DNA of 63,369 nt, counting the filler, from Circinaria calcarea (taxonomy: Eukaryota): the NCBI GenBank assembly GCA_051942165.1. It is 15 parts of 15 records of this genome, joined end to end, with 100 filler letters (N's around TTAATTAATTAA, not from the genome) between each part and the next. Parts side by side here need not be neighbours in the genome. Positions count along the whole stretch, not along the records: positions 33,896 to 38,023 come from JAVECS010002453.1; positions 38,124 to 42,251 come from JAVECS010002454.1; positions 42,352 to 46,478 come from JAVECS010002455.1; 12 more parts are not named here. One strand, 5' to 3'. Both the position numbers and the translations under genes were made by a program. The notes below the pieces were generated by a model. The model made no database searches. It was not told the DNA's origin and saw only the letters and a program-made list of their open reading frames with translations. This document shows, one piece after another, positions 34,422-46,578 of the stretch. The number at the start of each line of letters is the position of its first letter. Within the stretch, counting starts at the first letter, position 1.

Positions 34422-36777
34422 TCATCTCGTATAAGGCTTGTTCATCGCAGCAATCTCCCTGGCAATCGTTGGCCACTCTAGCTCTCGGCGCAATGGTAGC
34501 CCGCGCTTCACTCGCTGGAGTTCCTCCCACTTCAGCAACTCGTATGCGAAGCGGAGGTGGGGTTGGATAATCACATTGAGGCGGCGAGCCCGGACAAAGC
34601 AGCTAGGTGAGATTTTAGTACGGACCTATCCATTAGAGTCGAGATGGGGATCCGGAGAAAGGTGGGGGGATGACTGAAAATGACCTACTAAGCACGCGGG
34701 AAAGAAAGACCTTGCGAAGCCATCACTTCTGCTATGCAAATGGTTGCCGATCGGGAAACCCCGACACGGCAATGAACGAGCGTTGCCGTACCGTCCGCTT
34801 TTCCCTTCCCTAACCCTTTATATCAGTTTATCGGCTTCCGGCAGCAGGAGTCAAGCAATGATTCGGCAACGCACCAATAAACTCCAAGCCTCGCTCAAGC
34901 TCGTCAGTAAGTGGATCAATCCCGTTATCCTGAACCCGGTCGACAAAAAGTAAATTCTCCAGGCCCCAGCTTTGATGTTTCCCCTTTGGCCAGCTAACAG
35001 TTTCTCCGATGCTCAATATTCTCGTAACACCCATTGCCTTTAGCAACTCTGGATTGTTGGCATGGCTGATATTTCCTAGATACATATAAGGGAGTATGCG
35101 GCTCGGTAAGCTTCCATCTATGTTTTTCAGCCAAGGTGGCTCCTCCGGTAAGGTCGCAGGAATACTCCCCTGGCTACGAGGAGATTCCTGCATGATTCGA
35201 GGTTGAATTGCATTCAGCAATGCAACGTCGGACGGATAGGCAAAGAAGTTGCGTTGTTTCTCGCAATGCATACGTATCCAAGCTACATGCACCGGTACGC
35301 ATTCAGCAAACATGAAATACGCCAACCCAAGCAGAGAGCTCTCGGTATAGCCATCGGCACAATGAATAAGGATCTTTCGGCTTCTTGGTGAAAGTATTTT
35401 CATGGGTATGTCGCCCTCGCCGTCTTGTTCATCGTCGCTTGGATCGGGAGTCATCTCTGGGTTGGCTAGTTTATATATCCAGTGGCAGGTATCCAAGAGC
35501 CCATCGACTTCACCGTGTGACCAAGTAGGAGGCATGATACTACCGGATGAGGGGAATTCAATGTGCTGTGGAGCAGCAAGGCTAAGCTCAGCCATTCGAT
35601 TCAAGGTCTTCATCTCAGGAGGGTGAGCCAGATCACTCGCTTCAACAAGGATATCATATGTAGACTCATCCTGAGGCTCACTTGATGGACGCAAAGAGGA
35701 CGAATCAGGAGTAGGCCCAAGCCACACGTTGTTGGCAATTTCCGATGCCTTGGACATGCTGCACATCTCTTGCCGTTCCCACTGAACTGCGGTCCATTAG
35801 CCATGGGATTGGAGCAATGCATCAGGTAGGCTTACAAAAGTCCATAATCTGGCCCGTCACGTTACCTTTCGAATCTACAGCCACCAGTTCCGGATGGTTC
35901 TGCTCAAAAGTACTGAAAGGGCCTTATCGAGACTATCAGTTGTGATCGAACAGCGTTCGCGCACGTACACAGACGAGCTTCTCAACTTACAGGAGACCAC
36001 AAAAGTATTAAACACGGGCGTCTCTAAAGCGGCTGGCTCCACCTTCTCTCGGAGTGACCTTTGTGCACGTGCGATCCTCTTTGCTAAGATATGTACATCC
36101 GCCTCCTTGGCATTCTCATCACGATAGATGACAACATCTGACACCGTAGCCATCTTCGCTGCTTGGATATGGAAGTTGCGGACGGAAAAGCCATCCTTGG
36201 GATCAACCTCGAGGAAGCTTGAGTCCTTTGCTCCGACTGGGCACAAAATCTCCCGCGGGGAAATCGCCCCTTTCAGCCTCGATTTGGAGAGATCGCCACC
36301 AGCTTTGACGACCGTGATGCCTCGAAGGCAGGAGGGCGTTTTGCGAAGAGCCTTTCGACGTGCGATGAAGAAAGCGAGCTGGATCTGGTTGTCTTGATGT
36401 AAGCCATGTAGCCACGGGAAGACCTGCTTCGGTTCGGGTAGTGGCTGCGTTGCCAGGGTTTCGATGGCTACTGCCAGAGTCGCGGCATCAATGGTATATA
36501 CTGGTGGAGAGTCGATGATCTTGGTGTGATTGTCTGCTGGATGGAGGATGGACAGTGTCTGTAGATTCGGTTGTTTGGAGGGCGGTGAAGCCGGTGGAGT
36601 AGCGGGTGTTCGAGCTTGAGAGCCGGGAGCAGGCCCGGGGGAGCAATAGGGAAGGTGTTTGTTGGGTATGGGCACAGGTTTGAATTTCGAGGTATCCAGG
36701 GTCAGGCCAGAGGCGTGAGGAGGGGGTGTTCGGGATTGGCGATGGGCAGCTTGCTGCTGGACAACCAGCGTAGCCAT
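34422..36777 (-). CDS. PPS1: Dual-specificity protein phosphatase Pps1, multi-exon
   Basis: FPWLHGLH, IHCADGYTESS, GSLPSRILPYMYLGN, VHCRVGVSRSA and ELEWPTIAREIAAMN. Confidence 0.92.
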
Positions 36778-37984
36778 GTCTGAATGGTCTGTCGAGAAGC
36801 GAAGTGCCGGTGAAGTGGCCGAGTGAGACGGATGTTAGCAGGTCCAAGCTCAGCTTTCCGGATCCAAGAGAGCGTGATGGTAGCTACTGGTGAGGTCGAG
36901 GGAGAGGAGGAGGTTGCAACGGTCAGGTATGTTCAATGCCAGTAGCTCGTCCCTGGAACTGCTCAACAAGACGTTCCGGGTATGGGATGGGATGGGATGG
37001 AGGGGTGGGCAGGGCAGTTGAGTGAGGACAATTTGGCGATGGCATGCGCGAAGCCCCGACAGAGCGGACGCCGAGTTCAACGCTGGTCCAAGCAGATTAG
37101 TCGAGCCCAATAGGGTTCATCGGTCGATTGATATGCCGGCAGCAGTGGCAGTCAGGGGGAAGCTTCACAGGCAAATCGAGCACGGCTATCACTCGGCGAT
37201 GAGCAGAAAATGGTCCATGGGAGGCCCCGATGAAGGTGACAGTTGCTTGCGACGTGGTGTGGAGACAGCTCCGTCGACACGAGGGGTTGTCTGTCGTGGC
37301 AGGTGGTGAGGGACGTGGCAATGTGCTGGTGCTGGAGAAGGGGGAGGAGGGGCCAGAAAAAGGAGGAGGTCGTCCATGCACAGCATCTGGAATCACGTCG
37401 TGGGTCAATCCGTGCCCACCACATGAAACCCTCCAACGATAACAAACGCTGCCGCAGCCCGATGCAGTATAGGCGAGCAGGCTAAGGTTCACTAACATTG
37501 GAGCTCGAGGAGCCGATAGCCTAATGATGCCCCACCCCCGCATTCGCCGATAGTGTGCATGGGAGTTCCCCCCCGCTTCTAAATCCGCTAGCCGGAGTTT
37601 AGTCCTGGCGGGAGCCGTGGCGATCGCGTAACCTTAGTTATCGGAAGATGCTGTCTGGGCGCGGAACAACAGTACCCCCCCAGCCAATCATCTTGTGCTC
37701 CGGAGGCGCCCCCAGCCGAGCTTTACATAACTCCACTGTAACTGGGACATTTATCATGTACGGGAGCCCGGCACCGATACCTTAAGCCTAATATCGTAAG
37801 GATCAACACTTGATATTCGTCAGAAAAGATCTCTTAATATAATAAACCTCTTACAAAATTTAGCTAAACGCCCTAAATGAACTAGCCCTCCACTTTTCTG
37901 CATCTACCACTCTCTTATCCACCATCTTACCCGTTCTCTGCTGTCTTCGCTGCTCTAGTGAACAACTTCCCGTGCGGGAGTATT

Positions 37985-38023
37985 GAAGGGAAGGGAAGGG
38001 AAGGGAAGGGAAGGGAAGGGAAG
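37985..38023. repeat. (GAAGG)n microsatellite at the contig end
   Basis: Perfect pentamer run up to the linker. Confidence 0.95.
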
Positions 38024-38123
38024 NNNNNNNNNNNNNNNNNNNNNNNNNNNNNNNNNNNNNNNNNNNNTTAATTAATTAANNNNNNNNNNNNNNNNNNNNN
38101 NNNNNNNNNNNNNNNNNNNNNNN

Positions 38124-38909
38124 GGATCGGATGAGGATAGCAACGGTAGCTACCCCTATAGCGGACACGAAGAACTTGAAGCGCGGGTTGTGCATGATCT
38201 CTTGGGCCCCGGGGCTCAGCTTGCTCCGGTTTTGATAGACACGAACAAAGAAGTCGACTGCCAAGGCACCGAAGATGAGTAAAGTGACGACCTGGATTAC
38301 GATACCGGCAAGCATGATGTCGCCTCCGACCTTCGCCTGCTTGTCGTCATTGGCGCTCGAGGCAATACCACCGCCAATGGCTTGCAGGGTAAGGGAAAAG
38401 ATGTCGCAGCCGAAGAAAAACCAGGGATAAAGCCGGGCAGGGATTCGGGAGAACTCCGGCTCGATGGCAAGCACAAAGTGTTTGAGCGTGAGATATATTC
38501 CCACTGCGAGAAAAGCCTATGGAAGTGATCAGCGACGGCTACTAGATATATGACGGCGGGAGGTATTTACTGGAGCCATTATGAGGCAACATATTTGTAT
38601 CTGAAAGCCGACTTCGGAATAGGGATTGCCATGCATGATGATCCGCCCAACGTATCCTGGAGAAGGTCAGCTCCGGCTGGTAAGGAGTTGGAGGACATCC
38701 AACGTACCCAGGCACTGGGCCAAGCAGCCTAAGGTCAAAGCGATCGAGAAGGTCCAGGTTTTCCATCTGAAACCCTGGGCAATCTGCACCAGGAGACATA
38801 TGCCAAAGAATGCAGCGAAGAAGACATTGGCCGGTAGAGAAGGATAGTAGCCGTAGATTGTCGCTTCCACCGGACAATCTGGCGTGACGGAGGAGCAATC
38901 ATCCGACAT
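38124..38909 (-). CDS. RTA1-like (lipid-translocating exporter family) membrane protein, 3' truncated
   Basis: CPVEATIYGYYPSL, GYVGR, CDIFSLTLQAIGGG and IMLAGIVIQV. Confidence 0.9.
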
Positions 38910-39129
38910 GTTGAAGGATAAGGATTACCGAGAAGGGTTAAGCGGGGATTTAGGGTTGATTGAAAGTAACGTTCAATAGGGCAGGAGAATAAATCGCTGT
39001 GAATGCGATGAAGTGACCGATGATGTGATTGATGGTAAAGCAATGGGAGGCATCATGAGGTCTTTATATTGGTTTCCGATCAATAGGAAAGACAGGAGAG
39101 GCTGCGATATGAAGATGGAAATGCAGGCT

Positions 39130-39285
39130 GTACGGTCGTAGGGAAATGGTCCTGGTAGGTATACTATACTCGGTACGGTCGTAAGAGAATGGCCCCTGTC
39201 CGGCCGTAAGAGACTCACCCCATGGCACGATAGTTATAGAATACCCACTATGCACCTCCATAAGATGCCGTCCGTAAGGTCGTCC
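39130..39285. promoter_or_regulatory. Cluster of repeated CGG/CCG-CGTA motifs upstream of RTA1 (candidate Zn2Cys6 sites)
   Basis: GTACGGTCGTA at 39130 and 39173 (43-bp spacing, similar flanks), CGGCCGTAAGAG at ~39201 and CCGTCCGTAAGG at ~39268. Confidence 0.4.
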
Positions 39286-40312
39286 GATTCGGGCATGGAG
39301 GCATACTTGCTCTCGAGTGCGCAGCTTTTGGAAATCGTGTGGTCCTCGGTGACTCGTGGAGCTTGCCATCCAAGAGCCACCTAAAATCCAGCCCATCGAT
39401 ATCAACATCGCGCAGTTTCCGCTTACCATATGCATCTAGGCGCAATCGAGTACGTGCTGTGAGGCTGGCCTCAACACCAGAGATGTCATTCTCCGAACTA
39501 CGCGCCAACTCTACCAGAGTAAACCGGTCCAGATGTCGATTGACAGGTCGGTAGTGGGTGGAAGCATTGGTATGGTCCCTGTCACCTTCCGAGGGCGATC
39601 CGAGTATGCTCCCCTACTCTTGTATTCACTTTTGTTCGGGGTCATTGTCAACAATTGCCTTTGTACGACAGAACCAGAGCTCGAGTCGACGCGCGTCATG
39701 GCCCGCCACGAGGATGGGCTACCATATTAGAACCAGGGCAGTGCCTCTTGGCCCAGCTCCGGGCCCGTACAGTATCCGTGATCCGGCCTTCGACAGCAAT
39801 GGTCTACGAGCAGTTGCCGGACGGAATAACCTACCCGAGTTTCACAGCTCAATTCCTATTGCACTCAGGCAAAGTGATTGTCGTATTTGGTAGCTGAAAC
39901 CGAGACGGCACCCTATACGTCCTACCAGATCGTTGGGAATCGAAAGCATTCCGCCATTGAGGCGTAGAACAAACAGTCCCGTCCAGTCATCCCCACGCTC
40001 AATCTTCAGCCTTCAACGTAGGGGCCTCCCGACTAACCGTCTTGGGTAATCTTTCTTACCACCTTCAGGTTATACAGAGCCTAGAACTATGATTATCTTG
40101 TTGATCTTTCTGGCATATTTCTATTTATTACTATCAGCTAGACTTCTCCGTCGTTCGCGACGGAGAAGGTCAAAGCTCGAGAGCTCGTCCCGTTCCATTC
40201 GCCACCCTCGCGTCTTACGCTCTCGAGATATGCTGTTATAGGGAGTTGCCCTTCATGACCGCTCTGTATTCCCAACCACAGCGTTCGTCAATCCAAGAAC
40301 GGTACATGCAAT

Positions 40313-42251
40313 ATGGTATACGAGGGGAAACCCAGTAAAGGCTGCCAGAACTGTAAAAAATCCCATGCCAAGGTATGCTTACCGCACTGATATTCATCTG
40401 AACCAGTCTCATCGACCATACCCCCACATTGACACTCGTCTTGCGTGCAGTGCGATGAGAAAAGACCCGCATGTTCCCGGTGTGTCAGACGGAATGTCGC
40501 TTGTCCGGGATACCAAAGTGACTTCGACCTGGTTCTACGTGATCAGACCTCGGCCATCCAGAATAAGGCACGCCGGAAGTATCAGAAGAAACAGCCAAAC
40601 CTTTCGGCGGACTCCAAGCTGATAGGTCATGAGATCCCCGGCGCACTTGTCCAACCACCTGATATAGTGGAGCCAACAGTCATTCCGATCTCAAAATCTC
40701 TGCATGATACCCCCGAACAGAGGGCACTATGTTCCCTCTTTGCGTCCTACATCCTCTTAGACCGGCATGCGGAGACCAGCCGTGGCTTTCTAGAGATCCT
40801 TCTTCCCATCTATCGAGTCGCTAGCCGATATTCACCGTTGTCATCGACTACCTCGGCGGTTGCTCTACTCATGTTAGGGGCTAGACCCGATCATCGATAC
40901 ATGCAACAGATGGGAAGAATGGCCTTAGGAAAAGCGTTGGGAGACATAAATAAGGCCATACAAGATCCTATTCAAAGCAAATCGGATGAGGTACTTATGG
41001 GGGTTTTGTTATTAGGTTTCGCCGAGGTCAGTACGGTGACGCTGCATCCTCTGGATTTTCTTCCTGCTTTGATACTGTAGTGAGTTTTAATGATTACTGA
41101 CTGGATACCGTATTTCAACGGCTATAATTCCGGTTTCATACTCTGAGGCTTAGCAACTCAAAGCTCCTCCTATTTGTTTTATTGTAAAGCACAAAAGGAT
41201 ATCATGCTGGCGTAGGGATTTAACCTTGCTTGGCCCTTGCTAATGTTAATCCAGGACCTCCTAGCTGTTGTTGATAGGACAAAAGTATCAGGTGCACATG
41301 CCAAAGGCGCCGTCGCTTTGATTAAGCATCGCGGAAAAGACAATTTCAAAAACGACATGTCAAGGAGGCTGTTTATCGCCGTACGAACACAAGTGGTCAG
41401 CAGCTCCTTACCACAGTTGAGTAACTGCTTCAAGCAAGCCGTTGCATGGAAAAATGGACAGGTTTCCAGGCCCGTATCAGCTGGGCTAACCCTTGAAGAC
41501 CATCCACCAGAGTGGGCGGAATATATTAGAACGGTACCGCTGAACGCTGCAAGTCGACTGACTTTCGTTGGAGAAGAGGTCACAGCATTGAGGGCATTTG
41601 CCGGTAGAATCTTCATCTGTACTACTGAGGGAGGATCTCGCCAGGAGTTATTAGACCTTGTGATATTCGCGAGGAAGGTGGATGAGAATCTTACAAAATG
41701 GGAATCTTCTGTCCCTGAAAGCTGGAAGCCCAAGCCTGCATCAGACACGACCCCGGCGGCCCTTGTCAAATACCACGCCTATGGCACCACGATGGATATT
41801 TACCCTGATCTTTGGGTGGCTAGTATCTGGAATTCCTACCGTTTCCTTCGCTTGGTCGTCCAAGGTATCCTGATAAAGTGTATGGCGCGGGACCCATCGT
41901 GTCGGCCATCCGATATGCCACACGGACCGCCCTCATACATTCAGACAACGAAAAAGCTTGTGGACGACATTTGTGCTTGTGTACCTTTTGCGGCCGGAGA
42001 TAAGCTCTCGCCTGGCCAGAAAGTCGTTGAATATCCTTGGGTGCGCGGCGCTTTGCCACCAGCTAACCATCGGAGGGCGGCATCAGCAGTAGGGCTTTGG
42101 TTCCTCTTGGGACCTCTCACTACTTGTCTGGAGCTGGAAACTTCAGCAGGTCTAGAAGTGGAGGTCGTGGGGGTAGAGCAGAGGCGGTGGATTATCGCTC
42201 AGATGGGCCGCTTTCGACGGCTGTACGGACTGAAAGATTCGATTTCTGGAA
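40313..42251 (+). CDS. Zn(II)2Cys6 transcription factor, divergent from RTA1; stop codon lies off-contig
   Basis: MVYEGKPSKGCQNCKKSHAK|CDEKRPACSRCVRRNVACPGY, with a fungal TF-type C-terminus (DIYPDLWVASIWNSYR). Confidence 0.9.
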
Positions 42252-42351
42252 NNNNNNNNNNNNNNNNNNNNNNNNNNNNNNNNNNNNNNNNNNNNTTAAT
42301 TAATTAANNNNNNNNNNNNNNNNNNNNNNNNNNNNNNNNNNNNNNNNNNNN

Positions 42352-42680
42352 AAAAAAAAATAATATAAAAAATTTAATTAAAAACTTTTTTAAATAACTA
42401 GCTTCAAAATCTTAAATAATTCGATTTAATAAATAAAAAATTATTTCAATTGAGTTAAATAATAAGGATATTATTCTTAATATTTTTTATAATGAAATAA
42501 TCTAAACGAAGGTTTATATAGAAGTATTCCGCCATGCCGGAGTCCCTTAGTCCGCTTTTAACTTTTCTGTATATATTTATATATAAAATAACGAAAATAA
42601 TTATCTCTTGCTCCTAAAAACAAATTGAAAGAACGCCCTCAGCTTTTAATAATAACCGTTAATTCTTTTTCACCAGGAGT
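42352..42680. repeat. AT-rich, TpA-rich tract; probable RIP-degraded repeat remnant
   Basis: Abrupt shift to very low GC with abundant TA/TAA next to a gene of ordinary GC content. Confidence 0.55.
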
Positions 42681-42712
42681 CATGCACCAATCCCATTACC
42701 TATCCCGTGAAG

Positions 42713-45700
42713 TTAGTACAAGTACGCGTTATTACGATAGAGAGTCAATCGACTGGACCCGCCGCAGTATTCCTGATTACTTGTCAGTGGGATTTGGAAT
42801 GCAGGAGGGAAGATTGCCTACTGTAGAGTTACCGACGCAGAGCTTTTCACACTGGCTTTCACTCGTAGCATTGGCTGCTGCGGAATTCAAGCTGTTTCCA
42901 ACCCAACACTCTCTAGAATACTCGGGGCCTGCCCATGCATAATCGTAGGCCAAAGATAGACAGTATTCAACTGTCATAGTGTCGGACGCAGCCAATAGAG
43001 TTGGTAAGGCTCGGCTGCTACTTGGCTCCACTGCACAGCTGTAGTATGTGAAGTTTGCGTTTCCCTGAACGATGACCGGGAGGACTGGCGCGGTTACAGA
43101 TGTCGCCTGGTAGACATTTAGTCTGGAGCGATCTCCGCATACTTCGGTGGAGTTGCCGCTGCATGCCATACTGCAGTCAGAGGCGTTTGTCTGTGTTGAG
43201 CCGACGGAGAAGGAGTTGGATGCAAAACACTCGGAAGAGAACTGGACTCCGGAGAACAGGTATTTGTTCGCTGCGAGAGATGCACAATACTCTGCTGTCA
43301 TGTTGGACTGATTTGTGGAGTACGGGGCCAGTGCTCTTCCCGATGTTGCTTCGGTGAAACAACCTAGGTACTTCCAATTGGAAACTTCGGCTACAATTGC
43401 AAATTTGACGGGGGTAGTGCTGCCGTCAGCGGCTAACGGTGCTCCTTCTGCTAAAGCTGGATTCACAAAGAGACTCATATAAGATCCGTTTGCATAAAGG
43501 CCGTTGCCACCACAGTTCTGAGTGTTATCACCAGCGCAGGGAAAGTTGCAATCACGCTCCAAGGTTGACTGGACTGGAACAGAGTTCCCACCCCAGCACT
43601 CAACGAGATACTGGCTGGCACAATATTTGTAGTTCTTGGCTGCACAAGCTGTAAGGCACATATCGTTTGTGTTGTTATTCGATGTATAAATATGATCGGA
43701 GAGTTGACGTCCAGGGTTATTCTCCACGGCACAGAAGTCATACCGGTAAATACCAGAACCATTCGCAGCAAGTGGTCCAAATTGTTCAGAGACAGCTTGA
43801 CAAGCGAATTTGATGAACATTTTGCCAGCGGTGGGATCCCCCGTATTCATCGTCCACTCTGCGGTACCGTTATAAGAGTCAACGTTGATCTGGGATTTTG
43901 GAACCGAGCAATAAAGAGAAGCCGTTGCAGACTCTCCTGCACCAATGGTCGTGCCTTCAGCAAGGTCAACACCGTTGACTGCTCCGATGATTGAATCGGA
44001 AATTCCAAAGGGAGGCTTGGATACGGTAACCGACAACCGGCCAGCATTAGCATCTCCCTTGTTTGTAAGTCGCATCTTCAAGGTTCTGGTTTGCTGCGCG
44101 GTAACAGTACCGAAGCTAAAGGAACTAGTATTTGAATAAGGGATCCATGTACCAGAGCCGTCGGCCGCTTGGAACTCCACAAGAGCAATAAGTTACGCTG
44201 TTCGCAATAACATCAAATATCTTATCACCCCCGTCGGATTTTATACTTAAGTAGACCGCAAAATTGCCACTTGTGGTTGGGTTGAAATTAATGACGACAG
44301 TAACTTGAGACTTACCAGGAATTGATGTTGGGAGGTTGGTGAAAGTGAACGGTCCTACCTGAGGACCCCCAGCTGTGATGTTCGGAATAATGGTGGTACC
44401 ACCCTCTGATACGACAGAGAAATCAATCGAAGTAATAGTGAGACTACTATTCCCTTGATTTAGGAATATGGCGGACGAGTTGACACCTCCGACCTGTTCT
44501 CCGGTAATCACGCCTTGATAAGATAACGTGTTAGGCGTGATACCGAGTAAAGGATTTAATGATTCTCCCGTTCCCTTGAGCGAAATCGGGGTGTTGGGAG
44601 AATAGCCATTTGCGGTGGCATTCAGGACATTCAGGACGATATCACTGGAAAGAGGACCTGGTGAGAGAGGCGAAAAGGTTGCTTGAAAACTAAAGTTAGC
44701 TCCAGCTGCCACGCTTATTGGAAGCTGAGGAACCGCAGAGATGGCAAAATTCTTGTTTCCCGCAACTTTTACAGCTGTAATTTCGCTCGCGACGTTCGCT
44801 GTGCAATGTATTATTTTCACGGTAGATGTCCTGTTAATAGCAACGGTTCCGAAATCGTAAGGAGAAGAGCAGTTGAGAGGGAGATTGACCGGAGACCCAA
44901 AAGCATATAGCGCACCTTTCGTAGTACCGATATAAGCACGTCCGTCGCCGAATACAGGCCTGGCGAACTTCGTCACTCCTTCAATGTTAAAGGCATTAAC
45001 CAAGGTCATTAAGCCATTGGAGGGCACTGCGTTGTAGATTCGGAGATTTGACCCTTCAACATCTGAAATCCAAACTAGACCAGTGCCTGCTTGCCCGTTA
45101 AGACTCGTAACTGTTCCGTGACCAACTCCGAGGATATATGCGTTGTTCTCTGGACTGTTTGCAACCTTGGTAAGAGTCGGATTACCGCTAGCATCGCAGC
45201 TGAATTTGAAGACGTGCGTAGGATACTGTATAATATTGACATAGATATACCCTCCCTCTAATGGATAGACCCCTGCTCCAGCATATACCGAATTTTCATT
45301 CAAGATGACCTGCGGAACTGCATCTCCGTGATTCGCGCCCATCTGATATCCACCGAGATCGTCGATATTAAGTAAATAGGTTTTCCCACTCTTACCAGTC
45401 ACGATTCCTAATCGTTTTGCATTGGCACATGTGAACACGTCCGTAGGGAGAAGTTGTAACGGTGTAGTGCCGAGATCTAATAGTGATAGCGAGTTAGTCA
45501 AATGTTAACAAAGTAAGAGTAGCCTGGTAAAGGAAATCCATAATTCCGAGTATCCAATATGAGTTGTAATAAATTCAGAACGTGCACATCATCGGGGGGG
45601 TGATCGCCATTACCGCAACTGTTGAAATGTTGTTTTCACTTACCTTTATCTGCACCATCAAGTTGTGTCTTCTCCCACGGCATGAAGAAATCGACCACAT

Positions 45701-46478
45701 TTAGAGTACCGTCCTCGCTAATGGACATATGCACAGCAGCCTGCTCCAGGGTTGAAGGGGGCTGACGGCCTGGAACAGCGATCCCATGCAGCTGGGAAGC
45801 GTATCCATTGCCAGTAGCGAAAAAAATGCTGCCTTGATTATCGCTAGCCAAGCCACCTCCAGACATCCAAACGCCTCCACCCTGGACCGTGTTTGCCTCT
45901 GGGCCCCCTTCCATGGCAAATGCCTCGACATTAGCTCCCGTATCTTTATTCCATCCCATGATCCAGCCAGTGAAGTTGTACTTAACGCAATGAGAGGCGA
46001 AGCCTGTGTAAATATAGGCTCCTGAGTGGAGCAGAGCTGGACGCTGATGATGTATGCCGCCTTGGAACATCCTCGCTCCATTGGTGTTGCGTGATAGGGT
46101 CCCTTCAAGATTCACAGGAAATCCGGGTTTCTCAGTTAGAGTATTGACGTCGATAGCATGGAAATAGTAGCGGCCGTTACCCCTCCCTTTGATTTGATCT
46201 GTCTGATCTGCGTAGGTCTTGGCTGTTAGATACCAAGTGTCTGTGCTGGGATCGATCACCCCAGTAGCCTAGTCGAATTAGTCGAGATATCGGTCAACGA
46301 AAAGGCAAGCGCTTACGGTAACTCCTATTAGCGGATTGATATCGACGCACCCGTCCAAGTCTTTGGTCAGAAAAGGGACATGCATGTTCGTACTCAAGAC
46401 CACTTCACCTGTCTTCGCGTTGATCTTGTACAGGTTATTCATTGTCGTCGCCACGAACACATACTGAATTCCATCGTC
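42713..46478 (-). pseudogene. Secreted-type PQQ-like beta-propeller / Ig-like (ASH) / multi-WSC protein gene with a frameshift near 44190; 5' truncated
   Basis: HQRPALL, GGGVWMSGGGLASD and PWEKTQLDGADKDLGT, Ig-like segments and three WSC repeats. The frame changes at ANSVTY/ALVEFQ. The last exon is EYCGGSSRLTLY. The frameshift could be a sequencing error. Confidence 0.7.
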
Positions 46479-46578
46479 NNNNNNNNNNNNNNNNNNNNNN
46501 NNNNNNNNNNNNNNNNNNNNNNTTAATTAATTAANNNNNNNNNNNNNNNNNNNNNNNNNNNNNNNNNNNNNNNNNNNN

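Noticed and set aside
41027..41254. Long intron of the Zn2Cys6 gene with ATGATTA...CTGA motifs
   Set aside because: Box C is non-canonical and I found no rRNA-complementary guide.
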